From assembly GCA_021432655.1 (NCBI GenBank), contig MU271184.1, positions 248,001-292,180 of the forward strand: a DNA stretch of 44,180 nucleotides. The letters are read 5' to 3'. The stretch comes from Atractiella rhizophila. Taxonomy: Eukaryota. Positions 10,129 through 21,899 of this stretch are shown piece after piece. The position numbers and the translations under genes were made by a program. Positions within the stretch are counted from its first letter, which is position 1. The number at the start of each line of letters is the position of its first letter. The notes under the pieces were generated by a model. That model was not told the DNA's origin. It worked only from the letters and a program-made list of their open reading frames with translations, and searched no databases.

Positions 10129-10800
10129 TCAGTCATCATCCGACTCCAAGTTTGTGAGCAGGGTCATATGCTTCCAAGCAATCCCATATCTCTGCTGCCC
10201 AACAGCCGGCCGTGTGTTCTCCCAATCTTCCTCAAACTGTCCGCTCTCTTCCTCTTCTATATCTTCTTCTTCCTCGGACTCGGAGTTTGCTTCTAACAGC
10301 TGCTCATCAATAGGAAAAGATAGAAACAAGACCTTTAATTGTCCCAATGTCAATGAAGCGATTCCTCCGAGGTGTCTCGTCAGAAAAGCAGCAGGAAAGA
10401 TCGCCTCGCTCAACTTCTCCTCTCAGATCATCTACAACCGTAACGTATGCGAGCTGGAAGCAGTGGTCCTGAAACCGACAAGTGAGGTAGAATTGCACGA
10501 CGCCAAAGTATCCTTGCAGTTCACCGGTTTCCCTGTCCCGGTTAACGAACTGCATGGTATTAGACGAGTCGTGCAAAGTTAACAACCACTCAGTGAGATA
10601 CAAGTTGCACTTCTCGTAAGCTCCTTTCGGACTCAACCCACATTGAGCGAATGGTTTGCTTGTTTCCCGCCAACTTGAGATTTCCCCATCGAACGACCTC
10701 TCTCAGTTTGCCAAATGATACTTCGGTCTCCTCAGAAGATGACTGGGTCATGTCCACTGACATGTTTGATCAACTCGACCCAGAAAACACTGTACAGCAT
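10129..10800 (-). mobile_element. Degenerate DNA transposase C-terminal fragment (CACTA/Tnp2-like)
   Basis: RWGNLKL..IRSMWVE and YFGVVQFYL..LAYVT..FIDIGTIKGLV followed by an acidic tail, resembling fungal CACTA-type transposase C-termini. Frameshifted; recognised by eye only. Confidence 0.5.
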
Positions 10801-10888
10801 TCGACTAGAGGTATCTTACTTTAGCTGATCCTCACTGTCAGCAGTGTGATAGCTTGAAGAGGCGTGCCTATGTTATTGCTAGTTAGAG

Positions 10889-10999
10889 ATGTGGAAGAAA
10901 GGCTAGATTACACAGTTGGAAGGGAACGATCGCTCAATGTTCATGTGGAAGAAAGGCTAGAGTACACAGTTGGAAGGGAACGATCTCGCTCAATGTTCA
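10889..10999. repeat. Tandem duplication, 2 x ~54 bp
   Basis: ATGTGGAAGAAAGGCTAGA...CTCAATGTTC starts at 10889 and 10943; one substitution and a 2-nt indel. Confidence 0.95.
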
Positions 11000-11449
11000 G
11001 GCAGTTCCTTCAATAGTCAGTCACTGCGCGATCAAATTTCAGTCCGCCAAAACCAACTGAAAATTCCACAGTGCAATGTCAGTTGTTCTTCAGGGCTCAT
11101 CCACCTAGACCATGGTGCCGTCCAGCCCGGCAGGAGCAACAGGGCGGCCGCATCAACATACTTCATCTGATTTTTTACAGAGACAACTGGTTCAAGTTTC
11201 ACGCCTTGCTCATGTACCTTCCCCTTTCTGCCAATCTTCCGACTCCTCTTGTCGCTCCGTCACTCCAGCTTCAGATGTTCTGTCCCTCCCCCCTCCCATT
11301 ATTCGCAGAAGATGGAAAGCCGGAGCGGATCGAGTCGTTATCGAAAAGAGCAGAGAAGAGATGGAAGCGGTAGCTGGCGCTGGTGAGTGGTTTGCTGATT
11401 TGCCGTTGCAGTGAGAGTGACCTGTTCAGGAGATGCAAGATTGGTCTTG

Positions 11450-14400
11450 ACCTTTGCACACAGCGGTTACAGAGGAGGTTTTAAAACGGGACTTAGCCAT
11501 GAACAGTTACCTCCAGGTTCTTCCAAAACCAACAAACCAAACCTTTCAAGGGATTTATGCCGGTTCATCGACTTCATCAAGGATGCCCACGACACCTCAT
11601 GCCTCCGTGCGGTTTCCATCAGTTCGGCAGCCTGGTTCGATGACTGGCCAATCTGGCTACGTGTAGCCATTAAATGCCAAAAGATCCACCAAAGCAATCC
11701 GAGATGTCATTTTTTGTTCCCCAGATCAGGTACACATTCAATATGTTCCAGAGCGGGAACAATGGATGCTTCTTGAAGTCGAAAGCAAGTTGAGGAGCCA
11801 CGCACCACCCGTAACTCACGCACATGCACGGAAGCCCTTTCGTACAAAGTTCGAGAACCACTCCTCAAACAAGCCATCCGCACCTACCACAGCCAGTCCC
11901 CACCCCATCGATCGCGAGCAAGAAAAGATGAGTATGTCTGGTGCCTGTACAACGGTCACAAATACAATGACTGCTACTCCACCAGAACCATTTCTGAAGC
12001 TGGAGGAAAGAACCTGGCTGCTGAAGGTCAGGGACAAGGGAAGCTCATTGTTGAAGGAAGTAGTGATAGGATACTTCTTCCATCAACTGCATTCTGGATG
12101 CAAATGGGGAGACCGTGGCAGCGCCAGCAAGCACACCTGCAGCGCTTGTGACAAGCCAGACTGCAGGGTCTGCTTTAGCCTCATGTTCTTTCAATTCAGC
12201 TAACATACCTTCACAGGCAACTAGTGCTCCACCAACCCGTTGAAGTCCCACTCCCCAGCATCCTTGAGCCTATGATCAAAATCGCCTATTCCAATGACCC
12301 TTTACAACAAATCATTACAACGTACAATGCAACGCAGACATATTCGAATACTACATCAACCGCTTCGGCCTTCACGACTTGTATCTCAACTCCGAAATTC
12401 ACATCCCTAACTGGATCCACAATGGCTTCCCACCTCGCATTGCCAACACAAACTTTGTTAAATTCACCCCCCGAACACTTCTACCCTTCACACCTCCAAA
12501 GCAAAGAAAGCCTTCGTATGCAGTTGGTGCCAGGAGGAACGTCTGCTGAACCGTCTCCTCGGCCCATTCACAGTGTCAACCCTGAACACAGTCTTCGATG
12601 GAGTCTGGAGGACTAGCCCAATCTCCATAGTCAACAAGGCAGGAGCACCTGGCGAGTTCCGCCTCGTTGTCGATTTCTCCCGGAAACCCCACTCTCAAAA
12701 CGTCCCCCCTCTCAAGTCAATTAATGACGATATCGACACTACCTTCTTCAGCAACAGGTGGGATGGTTTCCCTACCATGCGGCGCTTACTTCTCTCAGTT
12801 CCACAAGACACCGAGGTTATGACTCTGGACGTCAAAGCTGCCTTCAGGACTTTTTCAACTAGCCCGGATTCAAGGTGCTATTTCGTTTTCCAGGACTTCG
12901 AAGGTCAGTTCTGGGTAGATACGGTGGCCTCCTTTGGTTGTGCTTCTTGCCCCGGCAATTACGGGCTCTTGAATGACTGCTGGATCAACTTCGTCTCCTC
13001 GCTCTTCTGGATTGCCATTCACTGGGTCGACGACAACCTGTTCTTCAGATCTCGCTCTACCTCTCAGTGGTACAATCTGAGGGATGTCCGGAATATCCTA
13101 GAAGAGCTAGGTGTTCACATTAACAGAAAGAAGGCCTTTGATTTCTCTCATACGTTCAAGTACATTGGTTTCACTTGGAGCTTCGTCGACCGTTCCGTGT
13201 CCCTTCCCCACCTGAAACTCCTCAAAGCCGTCACCCTCCTAGAACTCTGGCTCGTCCCCGCCTTTGGTTCGATGCAAGCATAGACTGGGGAATCAGCACA
13301 GCGATCCAAGGTTATTGGTCCGTCTGGAAGTAGAAGTCTAGCTTGTCACGCTTGGACAAGGAGATAGGCTTTGACGAGATGCTGGCTTGTGAGCTGGGGA
13401 TTTATCTTCTCCATCACTTATTTTCCACGCTGCCCTCTAAATTCAATGTCCCCTCATCACACCGCGGTTCCATCATCCTTCACGCCGACAACACAGGTGT
13501 CCGGTTTATCCTTGACAAAGGTTGGACTTCCAACGTCAACTCCAATTCATCTCTGAAGCGCATTTATGCCGTCTGCCAACAGCTACGAACTCTCTTCGCG
13601 TTGGCTAGCCTCCGGACTGACTCACTGTCACACGGCAATTTCTAATCCTTCGACCCTTTATTATTCTCCCCATTTCCCCCCACCACAGATCTCCAACTTA
13701 GTATTGTATTTCTGCAGCTATCCACACCTCTTATGTAGGGTTTCTTCCTCAGAACCCAGTTTCGAACCCTTTATCTAATAGTTTTCCATGGATACTTCCT
13801 TACCCTTTACTTATAGTTATAGGGCTCTCCCCTATACCCTTCCTTCCTTCTCCTAATGAGTAGCCCTAATTTCATCGATTTGGCAAATCTGCAGCGGCTG
13901 TGTTTTTTTCTCAGGCGCAGTTAGAGCCAGCCTCATACCAAATCCAGTCCTCTATCCCCCCTCTTTCTTTGCTCACACCTTTATCCTCCATGGGGCGGTC
14001 CACACTCATGATTCCCTATGTTCATAAGTCTTCTACTTCATGGCACCACAGCCTGAAAGGTGTCTCCAAGACAAACACTCCTTCACACGGACAACCTCAC
14101 TCTGAGTACCTCAGCAGCTCAGCCTGCATTGCGATTTCGGGTTTCTCTACCACACTCAGAAAACTGCACGCTTTCGAAGCAGAACACTCCAACTTGCGAG
14201 CTAAGGAAGCCTTTAACCCAGACATCTCAACGTCTCTTACAATGGACTGGCGCCTCCACTCCAGACGTGGACCGCCTCACCATCAACAAGGTCATACGGT
14301 GTATTCAGAGGGTCGTAACTGCTGCTGAATATGCCCCTGGCACCCTGGACTCCTACTCCTCTGCTATCCCGAAGTATTTGGAGTTGTGTGACAAGTCTGC

Positions 14401-14650
14401 AATCCCGTACTCCCACCGGTTCCCTGCCTCCCCCAACTCATCTCCAGTTTCTTACTCTGGTGCTCCGGTCCCATGGATGGATGGCATTCCTAAAGCCATA
14501 GCCCCTTCTTGGACCGTCACAGGCAACACTGCTTCACGATATGTCTCTGGCATCAAAGCATGGCACATCTTCCATGGATACCCCTGGATTGGGATCACAG
14601 GCCTGATGAGCTGAAGATCTGATGCAAAGGAATAGCCAGACTCCAGGGTA
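11450..14650 (+). mobile_element. DIRS/Ngaro-type retrotransposon, 5' part (gag-like, RT, RNase H, YR N-terminus), degenerate
   Basis: RT 12573-13283: SPISIVNK..FRLVVDFS..DVKAAFR..FGCASCPG..HWVDD. RNase H (DNTGV) 13343-13645. YR N-terminus TLDSYSSAI..YVSGIKAWH at ~14330-14650. Confidence 0.88.
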
Positions 14651-17300
14651 CAGTCAGACCCCTAAACATGCAGGCCCTCAGTGGACCACCTAAGCTTGCA
14701 TATAAAGGGTGCTTGCGTATGAGCAGGGGCACCAAAAAAGGGGACTTGTGGCTGGAATATCATCGGAAAACATCGGATATCACAAGTATGTATGTTATAT
14801 AGTGTTTGGAATCAACTGGAACCACAAAGCAAAACTTAATGTCATTTAAACAGATCAAGCCATCCATTTGACAATGAGAGCCTTTTGCTTCAGGAATCGC
14901 CCTAAGTGTTGCAAATATTCTCCATTTCTCATACAGAACTGTGTCAGTGAGGATGATGCCATGGTGAAGCTCCTGCTTGACCCATTGGATGAGTGCTGCC
15001 TCGACCTCTGGATAGTGACGATGTGTCGTTTTTTCGTGGCCAAGTTCTCAGATTTGTCTGCTTCTTTCCGAATTTTGTGCTTGTCTTTGAAGTATTGAGA
15101 CAGAGTTGCTGCACTGAGAGTATTGAAACCATTCTTCCTCCAAATTCATTCCCTTATTCTTCTCAGCATAGTCTCTTCAAAAGTCATGTTGCCAAACGGA
15201 AGTCCTCCAAGGAACACTCACCAAAAGGTCTACTGCTTTCTATTCCAAGGTATGTTAAATAAGTATTCTAGCATATATGAGACACATGCAATTGCAGAAG
15301 CTCGTCCTCAGGCACCTAGGATATCCAGGTGAGCTGAGAGAGGATATTTGGCAATTTGCATCTGCACCTGATGTGCTGAAAATGTTTGTGAGTGCCTGTG
15401 TCTTTGAGCAGAGCTGGTATGAGCAGAGTATGGAGATGAGTCTGGTGTAGGCAGTTGAGGCGCGTGATCTCGGCTGTAGGCCGATGCAGAGGGGGGAGGG
15501 AAACGAGTGCGGCGTGCAGGGGGTATTGGTCTAAACGAAGCAGCAGAAGCCAGGAATTGTTGAGGAGAAAGCGCCTGAGGTGGGGTAGATGACGTTCTTG
15601 ATGTTGTTGCGGATGTTGTACACTCTCGTACTTTTAGGCGAGATGATGGGGTTCCACTAGAACTGGACGGACCTGTAAACAAAGCGCCTACAATCAATTA
15701 AGTACCTTCTTCAATTCCCTCCATAGACTCTCGACCTTCTTCTACAATTGGCCAAAGCTGTGAACCTGAACTTGGCACCGAAGAAGAATCTGTTGCATTC
15801 ATTCGCTGGTCACTTGTCACAGGGCTCGCATTATTCTCCTGGCGATGACAAAGTTGTTCCTGCTATTGAAGAAGTAGGCCTCTAACTAAATTAGTAAGCT
15901 CTTCGACCTGATGACTGAGACGTTGATTGTCGTTAAGAAGGCGACGGTTCTCTAACTCAGTAGGTTCAAGTGGGGAGGAGGCAAATGTTGAAACTATAAT
16001 GCCGTGAGCTTGTACCGACTTGGAGGAATAAAGGCTACGAACTATCAGCGACAGGAGTGAGCTTTCCCAGAGGTTAAGGAAACATCAACACTGCCATATG
16101 ATGCTAAGAAATTAGAATGTGTATGCTAAGACAAAACTGTGGATGCAACGTAATGCGCAGCCAACTATTTTTCTTGTAGGTGAAATGGAAGTTCGGCAAC
16201 TGGTGCTGATCCCACACATGATGAGGCATACGGAGCTTTACAAAGGTACCTGCCTTCTTGAACATTAATTTGTAGAGCAATCTGATCTTCTTGTCGCTGT
16301 ATCATTGGGTTGCTCTCATTCAAGGCTAAAGTTCTAATGTAAGCTGAGCAAGAAGGATGATGTGCACCCACACATTATGACATCTTCAGTGCTCTGCTCA
16401 GCAGAAATAGGAACGATAGAGTTATTGCTTAGGACTGCATCTGGAAGATATATATGAGACTGAGTCTCAAAACTCACAGCTGGAAACCCTACCATGCAGG
16501 TTCTCTGCCCTCTTCCCCTTCCTGACTGACCGGCATACAGAGCCTGCTCTGGAGGAGGAAACACTCATTACTGAAACTGCGATGATTGAGCATCAACTGA
16601 AAGCTCTTGCAAGACGGAACAATGACGTTAGCGTAGTGGAAAAAAATGAGAGTAAGCTCTGCTCACCGTGAAGCACAGGAGCAGCAACATTAGATCCAAG
16701 CTCTTCATTGACACCCTGCCCAAAAGTAAATTCGGCTCCTTCAAGAGCACGAATTGGCCAAGAAACGGTGATGGTCAAGTTATGGGTGCATCGAGGAGGA
16801 TGAGGAGGATCTGGAATCTGCTCAAGATCTTCTCCTTCAAGCACTTCCGTTTTAACCCTCTTCATAGCACACCGATCTGGTCCCAGAGAGCTGGCTGACT
16901 CTGGAATCTCGTGACACATCTGCATGCAAATGTTACTGCACGTAAATCATCCGACATAGGCGCACACTACGAAGTGAGCTTCAAGTCTTTCTGGATGGAA
17001 TGATCGAGGTGGTTGTACTCTCTGCTGATTGGCTTCTTCTCTCCTCTTCTTCGTCACTTTCAGAATGTTCAACTAACGATGTTCACTGGCTTTAGTGCTG
17101 TTCTGAAAGGCCAAATGACCATACCATTTGGAGTGGATGGCTCAGCCATCCTCCAAGGTTGTCTTCTCATGGAAATTGTAATTGTGCTTTCTGCGACATT
17201 GCTCTACCTTGCATTCAGGGCAAGATGGAGATAGCACATTCTTATACCTTCAGAATTTGCTGACAGGCTGATAGGAAGGCAACAAAACATCTAGATTTAA
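14651..17300 (-). mobile_element. Pogo/Tigger-like (CENP-B HTH) DNA transposon, 3' part; DDE domain missing
   Basis: TA|CAGTCAGAC terminus at 14651. Minus strand ~14830-15120 gives EVEAALIQWVKQE..ILTDTVLYEKW..LSNGWLDLFK (Tc5/CENP-B HTH). Inner boundary uncertain. Confidence 0.7.
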
Positions 17301-17599
17301 TATCTGCTTGTCTCCTTCAAAAGCTTGACACAGCAGACACAACACAATCATTTTTACGGCCAGGTTCTTGCTTTCACCGTATTTACAATGTGTCAATGGA
17401 ACAAATCAAGGCTGATTGAAGGGGGACACAATTCTCTACCCGTTGAAGTACAAGCCAGAGACAAGTGAAATTTACTAATACTCCCAAAATTTGCCGTGAC
17501 ATACCGTGCCGGACAGGGTAGCTCTTTTGCATGACAGATGTCTTGTAGCTAGTGGAGAAAAATCAACATGTCAAGTCATAAAGCAGTGGTCTCTATCAT

Positions 17600-18043
17600 T
17601 GGCAATTAGAACTCGTTCAGGTTGGAGTTGTCATTTTTGAAAAAGAAAAAGATGGCGTGGAGCGGCAGATGGATCGTCCGGAGCCTAAAATTTTAGCGAA
17701 CGGACAGCTTATTGCCTCGCGTGTGGGTGTGTTGGATCCGCTGCCACTTCCACTTCTCTTTCTATCCATCTCTGCGCTTAATGGAAGGGGGAGGTCGACA
17801 TATCAATCGGCATCTTCGTCTCCTTCTCTTTCTCCTTCTCGTCCTCCCTCTTCTTCCTTTCAATCTCCTCCCTCCACTTGTTCATATCCCTGGGGGCAGA
17901 GTGTCAGTTCTGGGAAGGAGGAGAAGGTCGTCGTTACGAGTAGGAGGATCAGGTGTAAACGGTGTAGGAGGGAGTTGGTGGCAAGGGAGGATGTATTGGC
18001 ACATGAGGAGGGTCAGGGACAGGATGCCTTTTCAAACAAGTAG
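17600..18043 (+). pseudogene. YVH1: Fragment of YVH1/DUSP12-type dual-specificity phosphatase (linker and start of the Zn-binding domain)
   Basis: QLEL.. followed by RRIRCKRCRRELVAREDVLAH, typical of the Yvh1 C-terminal zinc domain. No catalytic HCX5R seen. Confidence 0.55.
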
Positions 18044-19166
18044 TACCTGGTATTTTCCCACATTCATATGCCTTCACCTAACCTCCACACTTCTGAGGTA
18101 TCGAATGCAGAACGTTATTCTGGTGATGAGGCCGGCAGGAGTCATTCTTCCATCCTTCAGTTGACTTGTGAATGGGAGACAGGTGGAAATTGGATGTTGT
18201 CACATGCACTGGAGTTCAAAGTGGTCACTCACTTGGACCGCACGTTGAAACAATAGTTTAAGTTCACAAGTATGACACCTTTGGAAAACACTGACATTTC
18301 CTGCAGACATAAATGAAGTTCGAGTGACACTTCAGTTGGCACTACCCCACTTGGAATCCAAGTGTTTTTTATCTAGGCGTGTAAATGCCCTGTAATCTCA
18401 TTCTATGGAAGAATATGGAAGTTTGCATATCATTTTGCCATTATGAAAAAGGAAAGGGCAACGAACGAACAGGAGCCGCATGAGCCGATTATCGTATCAT
18501 ATCGTGTCAGCATGGTGTGCGGAGATTCGACCGTGCCTCGAATCGACTCAAAGTTGTTCCCCATAGTCTTTCAGCCTCTGGCAAACTAGTTGCCCCGAGG
18601 GTTGTGCCCAGGCAGCCGTAGACCGCGCGCTCAAAAGGGTTTTGCGCTAAATTTTGGGCTGCAAACACAAAAGTGGTCAACCTCAACCATTCTCGTACGT
18701 AAAATGCAGTAATGCATTGTGGCGGTGGGGCTACTTGAGGGACTTTGCGTTCCATTCTTTGCAAGTAGCTCCGTCAGTAGCGTCACAATAATTTGGTATA
18801 TGAGAACGGAATGGTGGGATGTATGCCTGTGGGTGTGCAGAAAGATCATGTATGCTTGCTGGCCTGGATTGCGGTCTTTGGGAGTATAACCAAGTTGAGC
18901 TGATCCAGGCAGGCACGAGATCCCACATAAGTCAGCAGGCGAGACCACACAGAAAGGGACAGGGCAGAAGGCTCACCCCAGATGCTGCTTGGCGCTTCAG
19001 GGCAAAGAGCAGTTAGCACTTCTGACCTGCACCCAGAATGAAGTGGTGAGCAGCCTGCTTGTGTGAGTTGGCGAATTGGAGGGGAACTCCGTACTTCGCC
19101 TTTCATTCCTGCAACTTTTCGTGGTCCTTGGCGGAGGTGATATCTTTGTTGATGGTGATCCAATGT

Positions 19167-19916
19167 CTAAGGGCTCTGCCTCATGCTCGAAGGAATGGGC
19201 AAAGTGGAGAGGTTTGAGGGGAGGTGGCGGTCCATAGGGAGAAAGACGACTTTCTTGGCTTGGAGGGTGACCTTGGGGAACTGGTTTGGGATGTAGTCAT
19301 GAAGGAACCGAAGGTATAGCTCGTAGGATATGGACTTCCACCTGCCGACTAGCCGGATGTACTCTATCTCGAATCCCAGTTTCAGTAGTAGGGATGGGCC
19401 ACCGATTCTGAAGCTGTGACCGGAAATAGATGTAGACCTATTGTCCGTCCAGATCGGATTGACCCAGTTAAGGAAGGCTTTCTTGGTGTGGGCATGCATC
19501 GAGTCTGTCCACCTGTCGATATACATGAAAAGGTGGATGGTCTTATCTTCTGTGAAGTTGGTGCGAAGGTGATTCGTAAGCAGCTCTAATGTCCACCAAT
19601 GGTGGAACTGTGTCTGAGTGAAGCGGAGGAGGCAGGTGGATCCAGCGAGGAGGGTCTTGTTGCGTCACAGGTGGATAATAGGGTACATTTTCGTCCGTCA
19701 TTCAATGCTCAATGTCACCTCTCATGATGGCAAATTCGGGATCGTGTGACTTGTGGGAAGGTACTGTCGACTCTCCAATGCGGAACAAGGTGAAGAAGGA
19801 GACGATGGTACATGCCATGACCACAGCATCGAAATGGGAGTTGTGGTTGAGGTTATTGACGAGGCAGGCGACCATGCCTAGTGTGATTAGAGGGCATGGT
19901 GCTTTTTTAAAGAGAC
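19167..19916 (-). mobile_element. Tyrosine recombinase catalytic part of the DIRS/Ngaro element (inverted)
   Basis: KKAPCPLITL..FFTLFRIGE..NKT..GHSFRIGG..GRWKS..YLR, matching the R-K-H-R-W-Y catalytic set. Joins in frame to the N-terminus at 14650 across one TA. Confidence 0.92.
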
Positions 19917-19918
19917 TA

Positions 19919-20353
19919 CAGTTAGACTTGCCAATATGCATACTAGTCAGTATGCAAACCTCTTTACTTGCAAGGAAAAATCGTCCACCAACCTCGTTCC
20001 TATGTATTTTGTCCTTTATGCATTGCAGATTCAGTTCTCAGTATGCAAGCAGTTGCTTGCAACTTTTGGCTGTGATTACATGTTGAGAGTGCGGCACGTG
20101 ACCTTCAAAACCTTCTTTTGGCACGCAAAAGTCATGGTCACAACTCCCTTGAAATTTTATCCTTGTCTCAACCCACCACTCGTCAGCCATGGTGCCAAAA
20201 ACCAAAGAAGCACATAAAATAGCAATGCTCTTTCAATCACAACCACAGCAGCACATCCAAAGCGTGTTTGGGGCAACCTTTCTTCAGCCCAACCTGTCAC
20301 TCTCAAGCGAAAGTGTTCCCATCCCATGAATCTTGATAAACTGGTGTTTATAG
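19919..20353 (+). mobile_element. 5' end of the pogo-like element
   Basis: TA|CAGTTAGACTTGCCAATATGCA matches the other end CAGTCAGACCCCTAAACATGCA at 15/22 positions. 20253-20353 recurs at 30523-30623. Confidence 0.75.
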
Positions 20354-20479
20354 GTTGTATTTAAGGAATGGACAGCATTCAACCACAAAATTTCCGACAT
20401 CGATGACATCTTTGATGTTGCACGGCATCAAGGCACTCTACTCATTTCACCGGAAGAAGTTGCTTGCCAAACACCTATC

Positions 20480-21726
20480 CAACTGGCAGCAAACCCGCAT
20501 TTTCGAGGCAAGAAAATGGTGCCAGGCATGAACAAGATTCCAGACAGCGCCTTTGGATTTGTGAGAACAATTTTGGCGGACTTCGGTCTCACCAAATTTA
20601 ATCCAATCTGAGGGAAGAAGCATTTTCAGTGCATAATTGTGCACATCGCTTTGTCTTTCCCATCATCATGAAAGCCTTGGGGTCTGCCAATGCCTTCTTC
20701 AAGTTGGTGCCAGATCCTGAAAGGCTCAGAAACCACAGTTTCTTAGTGTCAGCGTATGACTCGGTTGTCCATAAACGGTTTAAACGCATGTTCGTGAAGA
20801 TTAAAGATCAGGGAGGCAGTATTACAGAGGATATTGCTAATGAGGCAATTCGGAAGAGAAGAAATCAAGTATGTTACATGCTTATTTCAGCTGGAGAATA
20901 CTCACTTCAAGATTGACAGCTTGCCCAAGTCCGCAAAGAGTTTGCAGATGCTAATCAATTTCCTGAATGGTTTGTCGCACTTGTAGGCAACTACGACTTG
21001 ACCTCAGATGATGAGGATCTTAATAACGGAGGTTATGAGATCAAAACAAAATTTTTCCGCTCAGACGTTTGGGATCTGGTTCTTCGCTTCTTCGACGACA
21101 GACGGTTAGAAGCTCAGTCCTACGAAAAACGATCATGCTGAAAGCCAACGCTCTGGATTCTTCCTACTGATCGTCAAGCGGAGAAGGCAAAGTCTTGCCT
21201 GCCTCCTCTTCTACCTCTGGTACCAAGAAATGCCATGGACGCGGTGAAAATGAACAACAAGTCCCAGTGTACATTTTCCCTCCATCTGTCTACAATAGAC
21301 AATAGTCTTCCTCCCAGCACCCACACACGCTTAAATGCCAAGTTCACCTCTGACTTTAACCTTCATTATCCCAACTTCTTCATGGAGCAGCAGCAAGCAG
21401 AACTTGCAAATTATATCCAGGAGTACAAAAGCGGGGACCTTGTTGTGGCTTACAACATCTCGATGGGGGGAGAATGGATTGATTTGGCTGAGGAAGAAGA
21501 AAGTAATGATGAGGGTGACAATGTTGAAAATCTGCATCCAGCTCCTCGACGCAGGAGAAGACGGATGATGGCCGAGTGGGCACAGGAGCAGGACAGAATG
21601 AACAGGTTTCACAGGGGTGTCAATGGACTGAGGTGTGAACAGGATGAGGAAGATATAGATTTTGATTACGAAGTTGACGCTGACGAAGAGATGGATGATG
21701 AAAGTGAAGGCTCCAATTCAGACTAA
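20480..21726 (+). pseudogene. Uncharacterised, probably TE-associated protein with acidic C-terminus
   Basis: Exon AYDSVVHKRFKR..RKRRNQ, intron 20869-20919, then LAQVRKEFA..TSDDED..YEIK..RS. In-frame TGA at 21139. D/E-rich end; stop at 21726. Confidence 0.5.
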
Positions 21727-21899
21727 GAAGAATATCCATCTGTCCTGACTGGCTGTGGAAAACAATGTTGTGTGTTGTGTGCGCATTTTTGATGTAGTAA
21801 CAATAATGCTGTGGATTCATTGAATGATATTTATTTTATTAAATCTTACAATACAGTCTAGTCATATATACCCCTCCAGCACCAGCCACATATACCTCT

